Shown here: one piece after another, positions 48,106 through 58,214 of the stretch
Numbering within the stretch: the stretch's first letter is position 1
Layout of the letters: every line of letters starts with the position of its first letter
DNA from: a bacterium
GTDB lineage: Bacteria; Patescibacteriota; Microgenomatia; JAMCZE01
Length of the DNA stretch: 64,000 nucleotides
Assembly (NCBI GenBank): GCA_021836035.1
Contig: JAKBJL010000003.1
Coordinates: forward strand, 4,135-68,134
Reading direction: 5' to 3'
Notes under the pieces: generated by a model
Database searches by the model: none
What the model was told of the DNA's origin: nothing
What the model saw: the letters and a program-made list of their open reading frames with translations, nothing else
Program-made: the position numbers and the translations under genes

Positions 48106-49083
48106 TTAGTTAGTGAAATCTTGTGTAAACATTTTACCGTAGATTCCTCCGTCGATGATACCGATACCGATTTTGTGAAAGTTGGGGTTCAAAATATTTT
48201 CCCGGTGGCCGGGGCTGTCCATTAAACCGTTATGAGCAAGGATCGTGGTCGGGGCATACGCAATATTCTCTCCCGCCTCCGTAAAACTAATCCCGGCAGC
48301 CTGCATGCGGTCAAAGGGGCTTTTGCCGTCCGGATCAATATGGGAAAAATAACCCCGGGCGAACATATCGCGGCTATGGGCGCGGGCGACATCTCGTAAT
48401 TTAACGTCAAATTGGAGCGCGGGAATTCCCCGTGAGGTTCGTTCGTGATTGACCAAGTTCAGCATTTCGCTTTCCGAGGAGGAATCAACAGTGACCTCAG
48501 TAGTCCGAAAATGCAGATTGATATTTTCGCTGCCGCCGGGATTAACAGTAAGAAAGCTGATTGTGTCTTGGGCCGCACCGCCCAAAATGCCGGCAATTGT
48601 TTTTTCCACCCGCCCCGATTGAGTTGCCAGCGCTCCGCCGAGTTTTGACTGGGCGACGGCAGCTTTTAAAGCTCCGGGGAAGGGGAGGCCGATGACTAGA
48701 ATGACAAAGAATGCCGTAACGACTACGGCGTCAATAAAAGCGGGGAAAACGCCGAGCAGACGGTTCCAAAGGGAAGTGAAGAGCTTTTCCGGGATCCGGC
48801 GGTAAACCATATTCAGAAGAAAACCGAGAATAATTTCCGCGAAGAAAGCGATGGCAACAAAGCCTAAGGCATTAGCGATTCCGGGGGAGAAGGAGAAATT
48901 TTCGGTAAAGAGTTGTCCGGCGAGAGGATAGAGGCGCAGGGCGACGGCAAAAGAACCCAAGAAATTAATCATCCGCGCGGTCAGGGAAAGAAACCCTTCC
49001 GGCCAATTGGCCAGGACATAAACGCCGATAAAAAGAATGATCACGAGGTCAACCCAATTGCCGTGCAGCGCTGGAAGGTTCAT
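48106..49083 (-). CDS. CvpA-like membrane domain fused to a CAP/SCP (YkwD-like) domain.
   Basis: Four N-terminal TM helices in the CvpA pattern. C-terminal EMLNLVNHERTSRGIPAL...ARAHSRDMFARGYFSH...GENIAY...MDSPGHRENIL CAP-domain motifs. Confidence 0.6.
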   Translation of the reverse strand: MNLPALHGNWVDLVIILFIGVYVLANWPEGFLSLTARMINFLGSFAVALRLYPLAGQLFTENFSFSPGIANALGFVAIAFFAEIILGFLLNMVYRRIPEKLFTSLWNRLLGVFPAFIDAVVVTAFFVILVIGLPFPGALKAAVAQSKLGGALATQSGRVEKTIAGILGGAAQDTISFLTVNPGGSENINLHFRTTEVTVDSSSESEMLNLVNHERTSRGIPALQFDVKLRDVARAHSRDMFARGYFSHIDPDGKSPFDRMQAAGISFTEAGENIAYAPTTILAHNGLMDSPGHRENILNPNFHKIGIGIIDGGIYGKMFTQDFTN

Positions 49084-49264
49084 ACGTTAATTCTAATATA
49101 TAAAGGCAAGAATTGTAATAAAGTTTTACTGAAATCAGGAGCAAAACAGAGCCCGTGTATCTATTTCTACCGTACTTCGGGAAGCAAGCATATCACAGAC
49201 CAAAAGCCATTGGTTGAAAAACATCTTTCAATCAAATAAATAAATATATTGACATGTTGAAATA

Positions 49265-49350
49265 TGTTGGAATGTGCCGAGGCTAGGATTCGAACCTAGG
49301 AAGGCCTTTCGGCCGACAGATTTACAGTCTGTAGCGTTTGTCCACTTCGC
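49265..49350 (-). tRNA. tRNA-Tyr (anticodon GTA) with a long variable arm.
   Basis: GCCGAGG-TA-GCGA-AGTGGACAAAC-GC-T-ACAGA-CTGTAAA-TCTGT-CGGCCGAAAGGCCTTCC-TAGG-TTCGAAT-CCTA-GCCTCGGC-A. Confidence 0.75.
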
Positions 49351-49437
49351 TACCTCGGCAAGCAAGCTAAATTATACCTAAAAATTCTCCCTTAATAAAG
49401 AATTATCGAACCATGTCAGTGTAAAAGCACTACGCAG

Positions 49438-50021
49438 TTAGGAAACACCTTCATATTTTAAACAGGCTTGAACAGCAACTTTTGCAAGACCTTCCCATTT
49501 CTGACTTTTCTGACAGAAAATTTTATACATCCGAATATGGCCGGCATTTAAGAAACTCGGAATAAACTTTTTCTGATTGTCAGGAGAAATCCTTTCGAGT
49601 TTAGTTATAGACCAGGCTTCAAATCCTTCACTTTTATCTTCTCCAACTTTTAGATCATTACTATTTCCAGCGTACTTGTAAGCAAAAACCTTACGAATAA
49701 CATGGTTGGTTTTGCCTGTCGTTTGGACAAAATGGTTACTCCTAACAGTCTTAACCACTTTAAGTTCGTTGCAGCTAGCTTTTACGCCTGTTTCTTCAAG
49801 TTTTGAATCTATTTCTACATGTCCGCCAACAATAGCGTCGAGTAGGCCGGGAATGGTGTTTTTATCTTTTGCGCGATACTGAAAATTATTTTCCTATTGG
49901 GAGTATAGAACCAAACACGTATCTCTCGATGGAGCAACCCTTTAGCATGAATGTTCCCTCGCGTATCCTGGCCGGTAACTTTTCCCCGTTCATCAACTAT
50001 GTCCAGCATGCCCATATGCAT
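49438..50021 (-). pseudogene. Nudix hydrolase with an apparent 1-nt frameshift near 49845-49851.
   Basis: ORF 49815..50021 reads MLDIVDERGKVTGQDTRGNIHAKGLLHREIRVWFY...KIKTPFP. The next frame continues GLLDAIVGGHVEIDSKLEETGVKASCNELKVV... (Nudix-box-like) into ORF 49438..49758. A single missing G in ccgg(g)cc restores FPGLLD. Confidence 0.5.
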
Positions 50022-50720
50022 CCATTCTAATTATAAACAACACAGCTTATAATAAGGCTATGATTCATGGGGCTGGGATAATCGTTGTCGGATATGACGG
50101 GGTCGTCTTAATGCAACACCCGTGTTACCCCGCTGGCTCCGTCGGCGAGAGAGAAGACCATAGGGAGGCCGCCAAATGAGAACTTAAAGAAGAAACCGGC
50201 AACGAACAGAACTTCATGAACTTGCCAACGAAATTTATGTACGAAGCGATGGTCAACGGGTTAATCGCTATATTTACTGGACACTTTACGATGGTAAACG
50301 GGAAGTTCAGTATAGCGAAGGGCAGGAAATGCGTTTTGTAAAAACGGAGGAATTTATCCATAAAAAGTTTTTGCCGGGCCAGGAGAGACTATTCAGGTTA
50401 GCTATTGGAAAAACAACAAAAATATAGAATCTGGATGGTGTAAGCAATAGGTTTTATGTGTTCGGCCCCGATTTAATCTCGGACAAATACACTTAATTTT
50501 TTATGGTTATAGCGGAATATATCTTAGAAGAAGGTAAATATCTGGTCAATAGGGAACTGCGAGGCCGGAAGATAAGATGGCTCTTCCGCCCCCGGAAACC
50601 GGAGATCGGAGTCTATTATTCCGTAATTGCCGCGAAGGAAAAAGTTATTGAACTGTTGGAGAAGCCGGAGAATAGAGAGAGTTTTTACCGGATAAGAACG
50701 AGAATAACGGGACCACGGCG

Positions 50721-52928
50721 TTAAAGTAAATTTTTATTGACCTGGTATATATTAACTGTTCCTGACACAAAAACAGGGTTACCTAAAGAGGCAATTTTTG
50801 CTTCGGAAAGTCCGGGATAAGCTTGCCTCTCAAAATTACTGACGACGAGATATTGAACTTTATAAAGTCGCAGAAGGTTTCTGGCTTCCCGGGAGTCAGG
50901 TTGCTCATAGATTGTTCGGACCTGCGCCGAGCGCTCGTTCACAATTTGCGGACCGCTGTGCCAGCCCCATTCGTGTCCCGCCCAGCCCAAAACCGTGGGT
51001 AAACCGGTGTTGCTGCTTATCAATCCTTTGTCGGTATAACTTTCTCCGACCATTTCCAAAACGACAGGTTGCCCGCTGATATTCTTCTTGAGCCAGAGAA
51101 TTGCCTGGTAATCGTCGGGATAAAGGGCGGCTAGGTATTTAAGGCCGTCCAGCGGTTGTGATTTCGTCCGGTTCGGATAGTAGCCGTTAATAGAAAAGTA
51201 AGGGTAAATAAGGATTAAAAATAATTGAGGGAGCAGTAAAATCCCGAATAGCGGATAAAGCCAGCGCCGCCGGAAGCGGAGCCGGAAGACAATATAAGCC
51301 GCAAAAACGCTAAACATAATAGAAGATTGGTAGCCCAGTTTGAACATGGTATTGGCGCGAAAGTGTAAAGGGTAAATATCTTTAAAATAAAAAAATTCCG
51401 GGAAAATAATGAGGAGCAGAGAAAGAACTGTTCCGCTTAAGACATAAAGATCAGCGATCGAAGATTTGGTTTTTTGGCGCAACATCATGATGGCGAAAAT
51501 AGCCGAGGTAAAAATAGGGAAGCCCCAGACAATTAGAAACATAAAAAGGGGTGTTCTTTGACACTTATCTCCCTCAAGGTATAGCGGGCCGTAGTTGCCT
51601 GACGGTAAACCAAGAATCTGCAAAATTCCCTGGCTGCAATTTACCCCGATGCCGCGGGCAAAGGGATCAAAATTTAAGGAAAAGGGCAGAGCAAGAATCA
51701 ACGCGGGGATTAGCACCAGGAAAGTTGCTCCGGTGGCAAGAGCTAGAGCCATAAGGAAGCGCTGGCCGCGGGTAAGGAGAACACCGAGAAGCAGCAGAAA
51801 TAACAACAGAGAGTAAATGGCTCCGTCCAGAGAATTGCCCATATACATGACCGCGACTAAAACGCTCAGGAATAGGAAGTAAGCGCTGAAAGAACGCAGA
51901 AAATTTTGTAAGGAAGGGACTAGGTTTTTGACGGCAACGGTTGACCCGGCAATTTTCATTATCAATGCAAGTAAAACAGTCAGGGTTAGTAATACCGCCG
52001 GGATATCCAAAAGATGGGCGTGCATATCGGAAACAATGAAAGAATAGGAAGGTATTTCGTGAATAGTATAGGGAATAAAGCGGACGGCGCTCGGATACCA
52101 GTACAAGCCTGGATTGGGTGCACCGAGAAGTTCCCACGGGGGTTTAGGATTGTTATCGCCGACCGCGTAACCTTTGGTAAAGGCGTAAATCGTATGCAGG
52201 TTACCGCCAAGGGTAATTAATATAGCTGCCAACAAGCCCACGATAACCGCTGATATATAAGTTTTATGGCCGGAACCATTAGTCTCCTGCTTATGGAGAG
52301 CAAATAAATTAAACCCTAAAGAAAAGACTCCGGAAAAAGTCAGACCGAAAACAGTCGCGATCATCAGGTTGTAAGTGTTCTCGGGAGCTAAACCGGTCAT
52401 TTTGGTCAAAAGCGCCGCTACAAAGTGGCCGAAATAATAATAGTTAATCGATTTTCCGGCCAGCCAGGGGTCGGCGGGCGGGAAGTAGCTACTGCGTAAA
52501 AGCGAGTTGAGGAAGGCAAAATCCATAAATTTTTCCAAACCGTGGATATCCGGATTCCAGGAGCGGACAAATGCCCAAAGAGTAAGGCCGCCCAAAAATA
52601 ATATTTCCTCTAAAAAAATAATTTTTAGGTGGCTTTTTAAACTCCGCTCTGAACGGAAAAATTTAAAAGTTAAAGCCATACTGGCTAAAGTAGCGATTAG
52701 AAAAATTGACCAGGATCCTCTCTGCGAAAACGGTAAAAGATGCAGCGAAGCCAATTCCCAAACCGGAAGAGCGACAAGAAGCAGCCCTGCCACTTTTATT
52801 AAAGCGTATCCCTCGTCGGGAAGATTACGAAATAGTTTCCGGACGAGAAAAATTCCCGGTAGATTAAAGCAGAACATAAGCCCCCACCAGAAGAGAATCA
52901 TTAATAAATTATTATCCGGCATATTCAT
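50721..52928 (-). CDS. DUF2298 / 'YYY'-domain polytopic membrane protein (GT-C-like putative glycosyltransferase).
   Basis: 735 aa, more than 12 predicted TM helices. Signature KSINYYYFGHFVAALLTKMTG. C-terminal soluble domain. Confidence 0.55.
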   Translation of the reverse strand: MNMPDNNLLMILFWWGLMFCFNLPGIFLVRKLFRNLPDEGYALIKVAGLLLVALPVWELASLHLLPFSQRGSWSIFLIATLASMALTFKFFRSERSLKSHLKIIFLEEILFLGGLTLWAFVRSWNPDIHGLEKFMDFAFLNSLLRSSYFPPADPWLAGKSINYYYFGHFVAALLTKMTGLAPENTYNLMIATVFGLTFSGVFSLGFNLFALHKQETNGSGHKTYISAVIVGLLAAILITLGGNLHTIYAFTKGYAVGDNNPKPPWELLGAPNPGLYWYPSAVRFIPYTIHEIPSYSFIVSDMHAHLLDIPAVLLTLTVLLALIMKIAGSTVAVKNLVPSLQNFLRSFSAYFLFLSVLVAVMYMGNSLDGAIYSLLLFLLLLGVLLTRGQRFLMALALATGATFLVLIPALILALPFSLNFDPFARGIGVNCSQGILQILGLPSGNYGPLYLEGDKCQRTPLFMFLIVWGFPIFTSAIFAIMMLRQKTKSSIADLYVLSGTVLSLLLIIFPEFFYFKDIYPLHFRANTMFKLGYQSSIMFSVFAAYIVFRLRFRRRWLYPLFGILLLPQLFLILIYPYFSINGYYPNRTKSQPLDGLKYLAALYPDDYQAILWLKKNISGQPVVLEMVGESYTDKGLISSNTGLPTVLGWAGHEWGWHSGPQIVNERSAQVRTIYEQPDSREARNLLRLYKVQYLVVSNFERQAYPGLSEAKIASLGNPVFVSGTVNIYQVNKNLL

Positions 52929-52998
52929 ATTTTACTGAACAATACTCACTAAAGCGAGATGTTGCCAAAACCGAATAGGTAACCTTATAATCCTGATT

Positions 52999-53517
52999 AT
53001 GATTCAGGCCGAAAAGGTTAATTGCAGGCGCTGTCGCGATAGTTCCCATCCTAATTTCGGTATCCGCGGACGGGGAGAAATTAAAATAATGACTGTTTTG
53101 GAGAGATCGGATTATCGTGCTTTACAAAGCAATTACGAAAAAGAGCTGTTTAAAAGCGGTACCGGGAGAACCCTGAAAAAAATTTTAGATGGTTATTTAG
53201 ATAATACGCTTATTACCAATACCCATAAATGTTTATTAAAAGAAGGTCGTCGGGTTCCTAAAGCTTCCGAATTTGTTAATTGTCTGCCGCATTTAAGAGA
53301 ACAAGCCGCCAGATATAGACCGCGGTTAGTTTTATGCCTGGGGGCGCAAGCTGCCAGAGCTTTTTACCCGGAGCAACCGTTTGTTAAAGTAGTCAATAAA
53401 ATAAGTAATATTGAGCGTGGGCAGATTCTTGTATTGCATCATCCCCGGCGGATGGAAGTTTGGGAAAAGAAACGAGCCAGGAGGGTAGTCATAAAAACAA
53501 TGCGACAAAGCGGGTAG
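52999..53517 (+). CDS. Uracil-DNA glycosylase superfamily protein (family-4-like with a divergent motif A).
   Basis: LITNTHKCLLKEGRRVP (N..KC.P motif). LVLCLGAQAARAF. HHPRR (HPSP-like) motif B. The true start is probably the internal Met (MTVLERSDY...). Confidence 0.5.
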   Translation: MIQAEKVNCRRCRDSSHPNFGIRGRGEIKIMTVLERSDYRALQSNYEKELFKSGTGRTLKKILDGYLDNTLITNTHKCLLKEGRRVPKASEFVNCLPHLREQAARYRPRLVLCLGAQAARAFYPEQPFVKVVNKISNIERGQILVLHHPRRMEVWEKKRARRVVIKTMRQSG

Positions 53518-53531
53518 TATAATTAATTATT

Positions 53532-53602
53532 GCCTCCCTAGCTCAATGGCAGAGCGACGGTTTTGTAAACCGCTGACAACAGTCCGACTCTGTTGGGAGG
53601 CT
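53532..53602 (+). tRNA. tRNA-Thr (anticodon TGT).
   Basis: GCCTCCC-TA-GCTC-AATGGCA-GAGC-G-ACGGT-TTTGTAA-ACCGC-TGAC-AACAG-TCCGACT-CTGTT-GGGAGGC-T. Confidence 0.7.
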
Positions 53603-54124
53603 CAATATGAATAAGCTTAATACTCTCGCTATGAATTTTTGCTTCCAAAGGGGAAGAACGGCGAAAGATGTTCTCTATGCAACTGGCACCAGAAACACCT
53701 AATTACCGTAAAAGTACCCTTAGAGATCGATCATATTGCCACCCGCTGGGTCCAAATTTTAGAAATCTTAACAGAGGAAAAGGCAGAGAATGGAGGATGA
53801 AAAGTTACTTGAAAAACAATCTATTACTAAAAGTTTCTGATCCTGACCGTCGGCTCTCATATTTTTCTAACCCCTAGCCGCTAACTCCTAAAATCTAAAA
53901 ATTAAGGTTCCCTAGAGTCGTAAGAAGAGAAGGTGTTCCCCGGAAAATTTTAAGGTGGCGGCCTGTCCTGCCAACCTAAGTGGGCAGAAACTGCGGCCTC
54001 CGTTTCCGAAAGAACGTTGACCAGGAAAAATTCCTTCCCCCAACGTTTTCTAGAGAACCTCTACAATTATTATAGCAAGAGAAGTCAATGGAAAAAATAG
54101 TAGGGCAGTAAGGCAGTTGAGCAG

Positions 54125-54748
54125 TCAGGGAAGGAGGAATTGGAGGAAGGTGTGGATAATTGGGTTGACAACGGCATAAATGATATTGGGGAAAAGGAAA
54201 AGGACAGCAATAATAATGAGCATGCCGAAACGCTCTAGTTCGTACCAGCTCCGGGCATATTCGTCGGGGAGGAGGCCGCCGACTACTTTAAAACCGTCAA
54301 GGGGGGGTATTGGCAAAAGGTTAAATATCGCGAGGATGATATTAATTTCCACACCGTAAGCAGCCAAGCTCTGGGCTGCGGAAAGCAAGCTTTCATTTAA
54401 AATAAATATCAGACTTAGCCGCAGGACGATTCCAAAGATAAGCGCAATTATAATGTTCGTTATCGGTCCGGCAGCCGCGGTTAGCGCGATATCCCGTTTT
54501 GCGTCCTGAAAATAAAGGGGGTTAATCGGTACCGGTTTGGCAGCGCCGAAAACTACTGGGCTGCCGGAGATAATTAAAAGCAGCGGTAGGGCAATGGTCA
54601 TTAGCGGATCAATGTGCGGTATCGGATTAAGGGTCAAACGATGGGCGTTGCGGGCAGTCGGGTCCCCCAGCCGCTCTGCCAGCCAGCCGTGGGAGATCTC
54701 ATGCAGAATGACGGAATAAATGAGAATTGCGAATTGGGCTATAAACAT
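54125..54748 (-). CDS. Site-2 protease family (peptidase M50) membrane metalloprotease.
   Basis: HEISHGW (HExxH) in a TM segment. Downstream LDGFKV motif. 207 aa, polytopic. Confidence 0.7.
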   Translation of the reverse strand: MFIAQFAILIYSVILHEISHGWLAERLGDPTARNAHRLTLNPIPHIDPLMTIALPLLLIISGSPVVFGAAKPVPINPLYFQDAKRDIALTAAAGPITNIIIALIFGIVLRLSLIFILNESLLSAAQSLAAYGVEINIILAIFNLLPIPPLDGFKVVGGLLPDEYARSWYELERFGMLIIIAVLFLFPNIIYAVVNPIIHTFLQFLLP

Positions 54749-54925
54749 GCTAAAATTATAATCGGCTCGCAGAAAACCCCTGGCTTTAGCCAGGTGATTT
54801 AATGCGAACTGATTAAGACCTTGATATTATAGTACGTATTTTAACAGGTTTGGCCGGGGTTTTCGTGAGCCTTATTAAACCTGTTTTAGAAAGGCTCTGG
54901 CCTTAAGGCCAGAGAGATTTATACC

Positions 54926-55159
54926 ATGACTAAATGTGAAATCTGCGGAAAAGGTGTTCAATATGGCCATAATATCCGCCATATCCACTCCGGTCTTTGG
55001 GAGAAACGGGCGACGAAGAAACAAAGGATTTACAAACCGAATCTTCATGAGGGGAAGGTTAAAATCAACGGCGTGGTGAAAAGAGTTAAAGCCTGCGCTT
55101 CCTGCCTGGCCAAATACCGCGTCAAATATACTCCGAAAATTTCTCCCGTTACGGCTTAA
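54926..55159 (+). CDS. rpmB: 50S ribosomal protein L28.
   Basis: MTKCEICGKGVQYGHNIRHIHSGLWEKRATKKQRIYKPNL...VKRVKACASCL. Zinc-ribbon L28 pattern. Confidence 0.8.
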   Translation: MTKCEICGKGVQYGHNIRHIHSGLWEKRATKKQRIYKPNLHEGKVKINGVVKRVKACASCLAKYRVKYTPKISPVTA

Positions 55160-55183
55160 AAGATCCTTAATCATTTAAATAAT

Positions 55184-55873
55184 TCACAATGAGTTTGAGC
55201 TGGCGACGAGTTGTGAAATGGGTTTAGCGGTAATAATTAGTATCTTGCTTGTGGCCTCCGGCGGCCAACAGGTTTGAAGCACTAAAGTTTCTTCCGTGGG
55301 TTTGGAGAGCAGAACAGTCGGATCTTTGGAGGAATATAGCTCTATATCAGTAATGCGGTAGTTAAAAGATTTTCCCCGATAACCAAGATTGATAATGTCA
55401 TGGACCGAAAGCTCCGCGAGGGCGGAAAAAATCGGACGTACGGATCTACCGTCCCTCGAACGATTACCCGAATGCGCGAAAAGGTAAATTAGGGAATTCT
55501 CACCGGGAAGTTTGCTATTGCTTGCCTGAGCTACATTATTAGCAATTACTGGTAAATAGGCACTCTTATTAAAAGGATCCACTCCGGCAATAATTTTTTC
55601 GGCCAAATTTATTTTGGGAATATTGATGGTAAATTCAGCGGATGGCGCCGCTGCGGGAAGTGCAGGAACCGGGACAGCGGGGGAAGGAGCGGGTATTGTT
55701 GCGGATTTACTTGCCGGCTGCGCAGCCTCCGGCTGACTTGATTTACTTTCTTTGATTTGCTCGGCCCAGACAAAAATATGGTCCGCGAAACTGTTGGTGA
55801 TCCCAATAACCACATAGAGGATTAAAACATAGAGGGACAGGGCAATGAGAGAGTGGCTCCTGCCTTTAGCCAT
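55184..55873 (-). CDS. Sortase-like transpeptidase (class E/F-like).
   Basis: N-terminal signal-anchor. His motif LIYLFAHSG. Cys motif TLVLQTCWPP. The usually conserved downstream Arg is not obvious, which lowers confidence. Confidence 0.45.
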   Translation of the reverse strand: MAKGRSHSLIALSLYVLILYVVIGITNSFADHIFVWAEQIKESKSSQPEAAQPASKSATIPAPSPAVPVPALPAAAPSAEFTINIPKINLAEKIIAGVDPFNKSAYLPVIANNVAQASNSKLPGENSLIYLFAHSGNRSRDGRSVRPIFSALAELSVHDIINLGYRGKSFNYRITDIELYSSKDPTVLLSKPTEETLVLQTCWPPEATSKILIITAKPISQLVASSNSL

Positions 55874-55898
55874 ATTAGCGGCATTTTACCTCAGGGGT

Positions 55899-56903
55899 TT
55901 AGAAATTCAAGATGGAAGATGGAGACGGCTTTTTTCCTTCATATTGAATAAGTTCGGGTATCAACTTACTGTTTTCCATGCGGCATTTAAGGATTTTCAA
56001 TCGTTTTCCGCTGGGATGAATAGACCATAAGCCGGGCCAAGGGGTCATGGCTTTATAAAACGAGTAAAGTAATTGCGAATTATCCAACCCCTCGACTAAT
56101 GCTCGGGATTGTCCCGAGCGAAGTCGAACGGACAATTTCCCAATTGCTGTTTGCGGATTTTTCATTTTGAGGGCTTCCTGTTGAATGGGAGGTAGTTCAC
56201 TCTCCTCGAGCCGCTCGCCTCGTACGGCTTTTTCCAGGGTTTGCCATTCGGTGAACCCGTCCTGTTTAGTGAGCAGCCTGGTATAGGTTGCTTGGCTATT
56301 ATCCTGCGGTATCAACCTATTATTAGTTGCTGTTTCCTGCCCATACTTACTAATAAGTAGTGGTAATTCCCTGGCTACTTCCTGAAATAGTCTAATGTAA
56401 AGGGTTTCCGTCGTATCCTCCGGTTCCACCGGATATTCTTTTTGCCAAAAAATGGGTCCGGTATCCAGAGCTTTTTCCAGTTTAAATACTGTAACCCAGG
56501 CAGTATTGTCACCACGTAAGAGCGTAAATTGGACCGGGCTAGCACCGCGCAAGTCGGGAAGTTTGCTGAAGTGAATATTAAACATTCCCATTTTGGGTAC
56601 GGAAATAAGATCTTCGGGAATGATTAGGCCATAGTCGGCGACAACAACGAGGTCGGGAGGATTTCGTAACAGTAAGTTTACTAGGTTGGCATGATCGTGA
56701 GAGGCTTTTTTTAAAGTGGCGGGAGTGGCAATGGAAATGTTATGTTCCAGAGCCCATTGTTTGACGGGGGAAGGGGCGAGAATTTTTTTCCGTCCGAAGG
56801 GTTTGTCGGGCTGGGTAATAATAAGTTCTAGGGAAAAATGGGCATGCAAACTTTCCAGTATCGGCAGGCAATACTTAGATGTGCCAAAAAAAACGGTTTT
56901 CAT
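55899..56903 (-). CDS. fmt: Methionyl-tRNA formyltransferase.
   Basis: MKTVFFGTSKYCLPILESL... NIHFSKLPDLRGASPVQFTLL (formyltransferase active-site region). Confidence 0.85.
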   Translation of the reverse strand: MKTVFFGTSKYCLPILESLHAHFSLELIITQPDKPFGRKKILAPSPVKQWALEHNISIATPATLKKASHDHANLVNLLLRNPPDLVVVADYGLIIPEDLISVPKMGMFNIHFSKLPDLRGASPVQFTLLRGDNTAWVTVFKLEKALDTGPIFWQKEYPVEPEDTTETLYIRLFQEVARELPLLISKYGQETATNNRLIPQDNSQATYTRLLTKQDGFTEWQTLEKAVRGERLEESELPPIQQEALKMKNPQTAIGKLSVRLRSGQSRALVEGLDNSQLLYSFYKAMTPWPGLWSIHPSGKRLKILKCRMENSKLIPELIQYEGKKPSPSSILNF

Positions 56904-57157
56904 TAATGGATGTTTGGTTTCCGCCAATGCTGATAACGGGCTTCATCGATCATCGCGTCAATTAAACCACAATTTTCGGGACCACAACATTCAACCTCCT
57001 GACAGCATTCACCTTTAAGTAGTTGAATTCGGCAAAGGCTTTTTTGGGCGCTGTTTTTATCTTCCTGTCCGATTAAAAAGCTCAGGATTTCATTTGAATC
57101 CAGAGGTTGACCTTTGATCTCCGGGCTACTTTCATGAACAAATCGTAATTCTTCCAA
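56903..57157 (-). CDS. Small Cys-rich hypothetical protein.
   Basis: 84-aa ORF with a CCQEVECCGPENCG cluster. No family recognised. Confidence 0.3.
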   Translation of the reverse strand: MEELRFVHESSPEIKGQPLDSNEILSFLIGQEDKNSAQKSLCRIQLLKGECCQEVECCGPENCGLIDAMIDEARYQHWRKPNIH

Positions 57158-57290
57158 GATATTTCACCCCCTTGTTTAGCCTGTAATCACAAGCTGGGCA
57201 GATACTGTACTTAATTTTAATATAGGCTATAGCTGTTTGTAAAGTTAAATGCCGGCTCGTCCGGGACAGGTAATGATCGGAAAGATAAAT

Positions 57291-58214
57291 TTATCCGGCC
57301 AGATTTTCTTTTTGACCCAAGCGGCCGAGGAAAAAATCTTTGATACCCTCCCGTTGGTATTCCCTTCCGCTGAAAAATAGTCTCACTGCCTCGCGGAGAA
57401 GAGCAAACCTGCTGCGAAGCGATGCATAGCGGAATCCGAAAAGCAACCGGTTCCTCGTGGTATAGTAATCATTTAGCGGACCGCCGATAGCATTCCCGGA
57501 GGTTTGGGATACTTTGTGAGCAATTTTGGCCTTGGGAACGAATAGGAGTTTGAAACCGGCTTTTCTGGCTCTTTGGGAAATTTCCACGTCTTCCAAATAG
57601 AGGTGGTAATTCTCATTAAATAGTCCGATACGGCGGAAAACGGCGCTTTTAAAGACCATAAAAGCACCGGTAATAAAATCCGTTTCGGTTGTTGCAGAAA
57701 ACTGCTCGCGATTAACTTCGTCTACGCCGCGGTGCGAGGGATAAACGTTCGCCCAATCTATTTTCCCTCCGGCATACCAGATAACTTTTCCCAAATCCTG
57801 TTTCTGATATTCCCTTTCGCGGTATTCGAAACCTTTGGCAAAATAAATGAGCGGTGCGGCGATGCCCCATTTGCCGTTTTTCGCCAGCTCTTTAATTAGA
57901 ACCTCTAAACAATTTATTTGTTCAATTAGAATATCATTGTTTGTCAGAACAATATAATCATAATCGTTTACCAAAGCATATTTAATGCCAGCGTTATAAC
58001 CACCGGCGACTCCGAGGTTTTTGGGTTGGGGGAGAACTTTTACCCCCGGTTGAGCAGAAGAAATTATCTCTACGGAATTATCCGTAGAAGCGTTATCGAC
58101 AACGATGACGGATACGGACCAACCCTGCGGCAAAACCTGTTTTTCCAGGTCCCTAATCAGCGAAAGGGTATCGGCGGGAAGATTAAAATTTAAGATGACC
58201 ACGGCAATTTTCAT
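57291..58214 (-). CDS. Family 2 glycosyltransferase.
   Basis: IAVVILNFN...VIVVDNASTDNS...DYDYIVLTNNDI (GT2 DxD region). Confidence 0.7.
   Translation of the reverse strand: MKIAVVILNFNLPADTLSLIRDLEKQVLPQGWSVSVIVVDNASTDNSVEIISSAQPGVKVLPQPKNLGVAGGYNAGIKYALVNDYDYIVLTNNDILIEQINCLEVLIKELAKNGKWGIAAPLIYFAKGFEYREREYQKQDLGKVIWYAGGKIDWANVYPSHRGVDEVNREQFSATTETDFITGAFMVFKSAVFRRIGLFNENYHLYLEDVEISQRARKAGFKLLFVPKAKIAHKVSQTSGNAIGGPLNDYYTTRNRLLFGFRYASLRSRFALLREAVRLFFSGREYQREGIKDFFLGRLGQKENLAG

Noticed and set aside
50187-50427. Plus-strand open frame (...ELHELANEIYVRSDGQRVNRYIYWTLYDGKREVQYSEGQEMRFVKTEEF...) opposite the Nudix gene region.
   Set aside because: No start codon until near its end and no recognisable family. 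Possibly a remnant, but unsupported.
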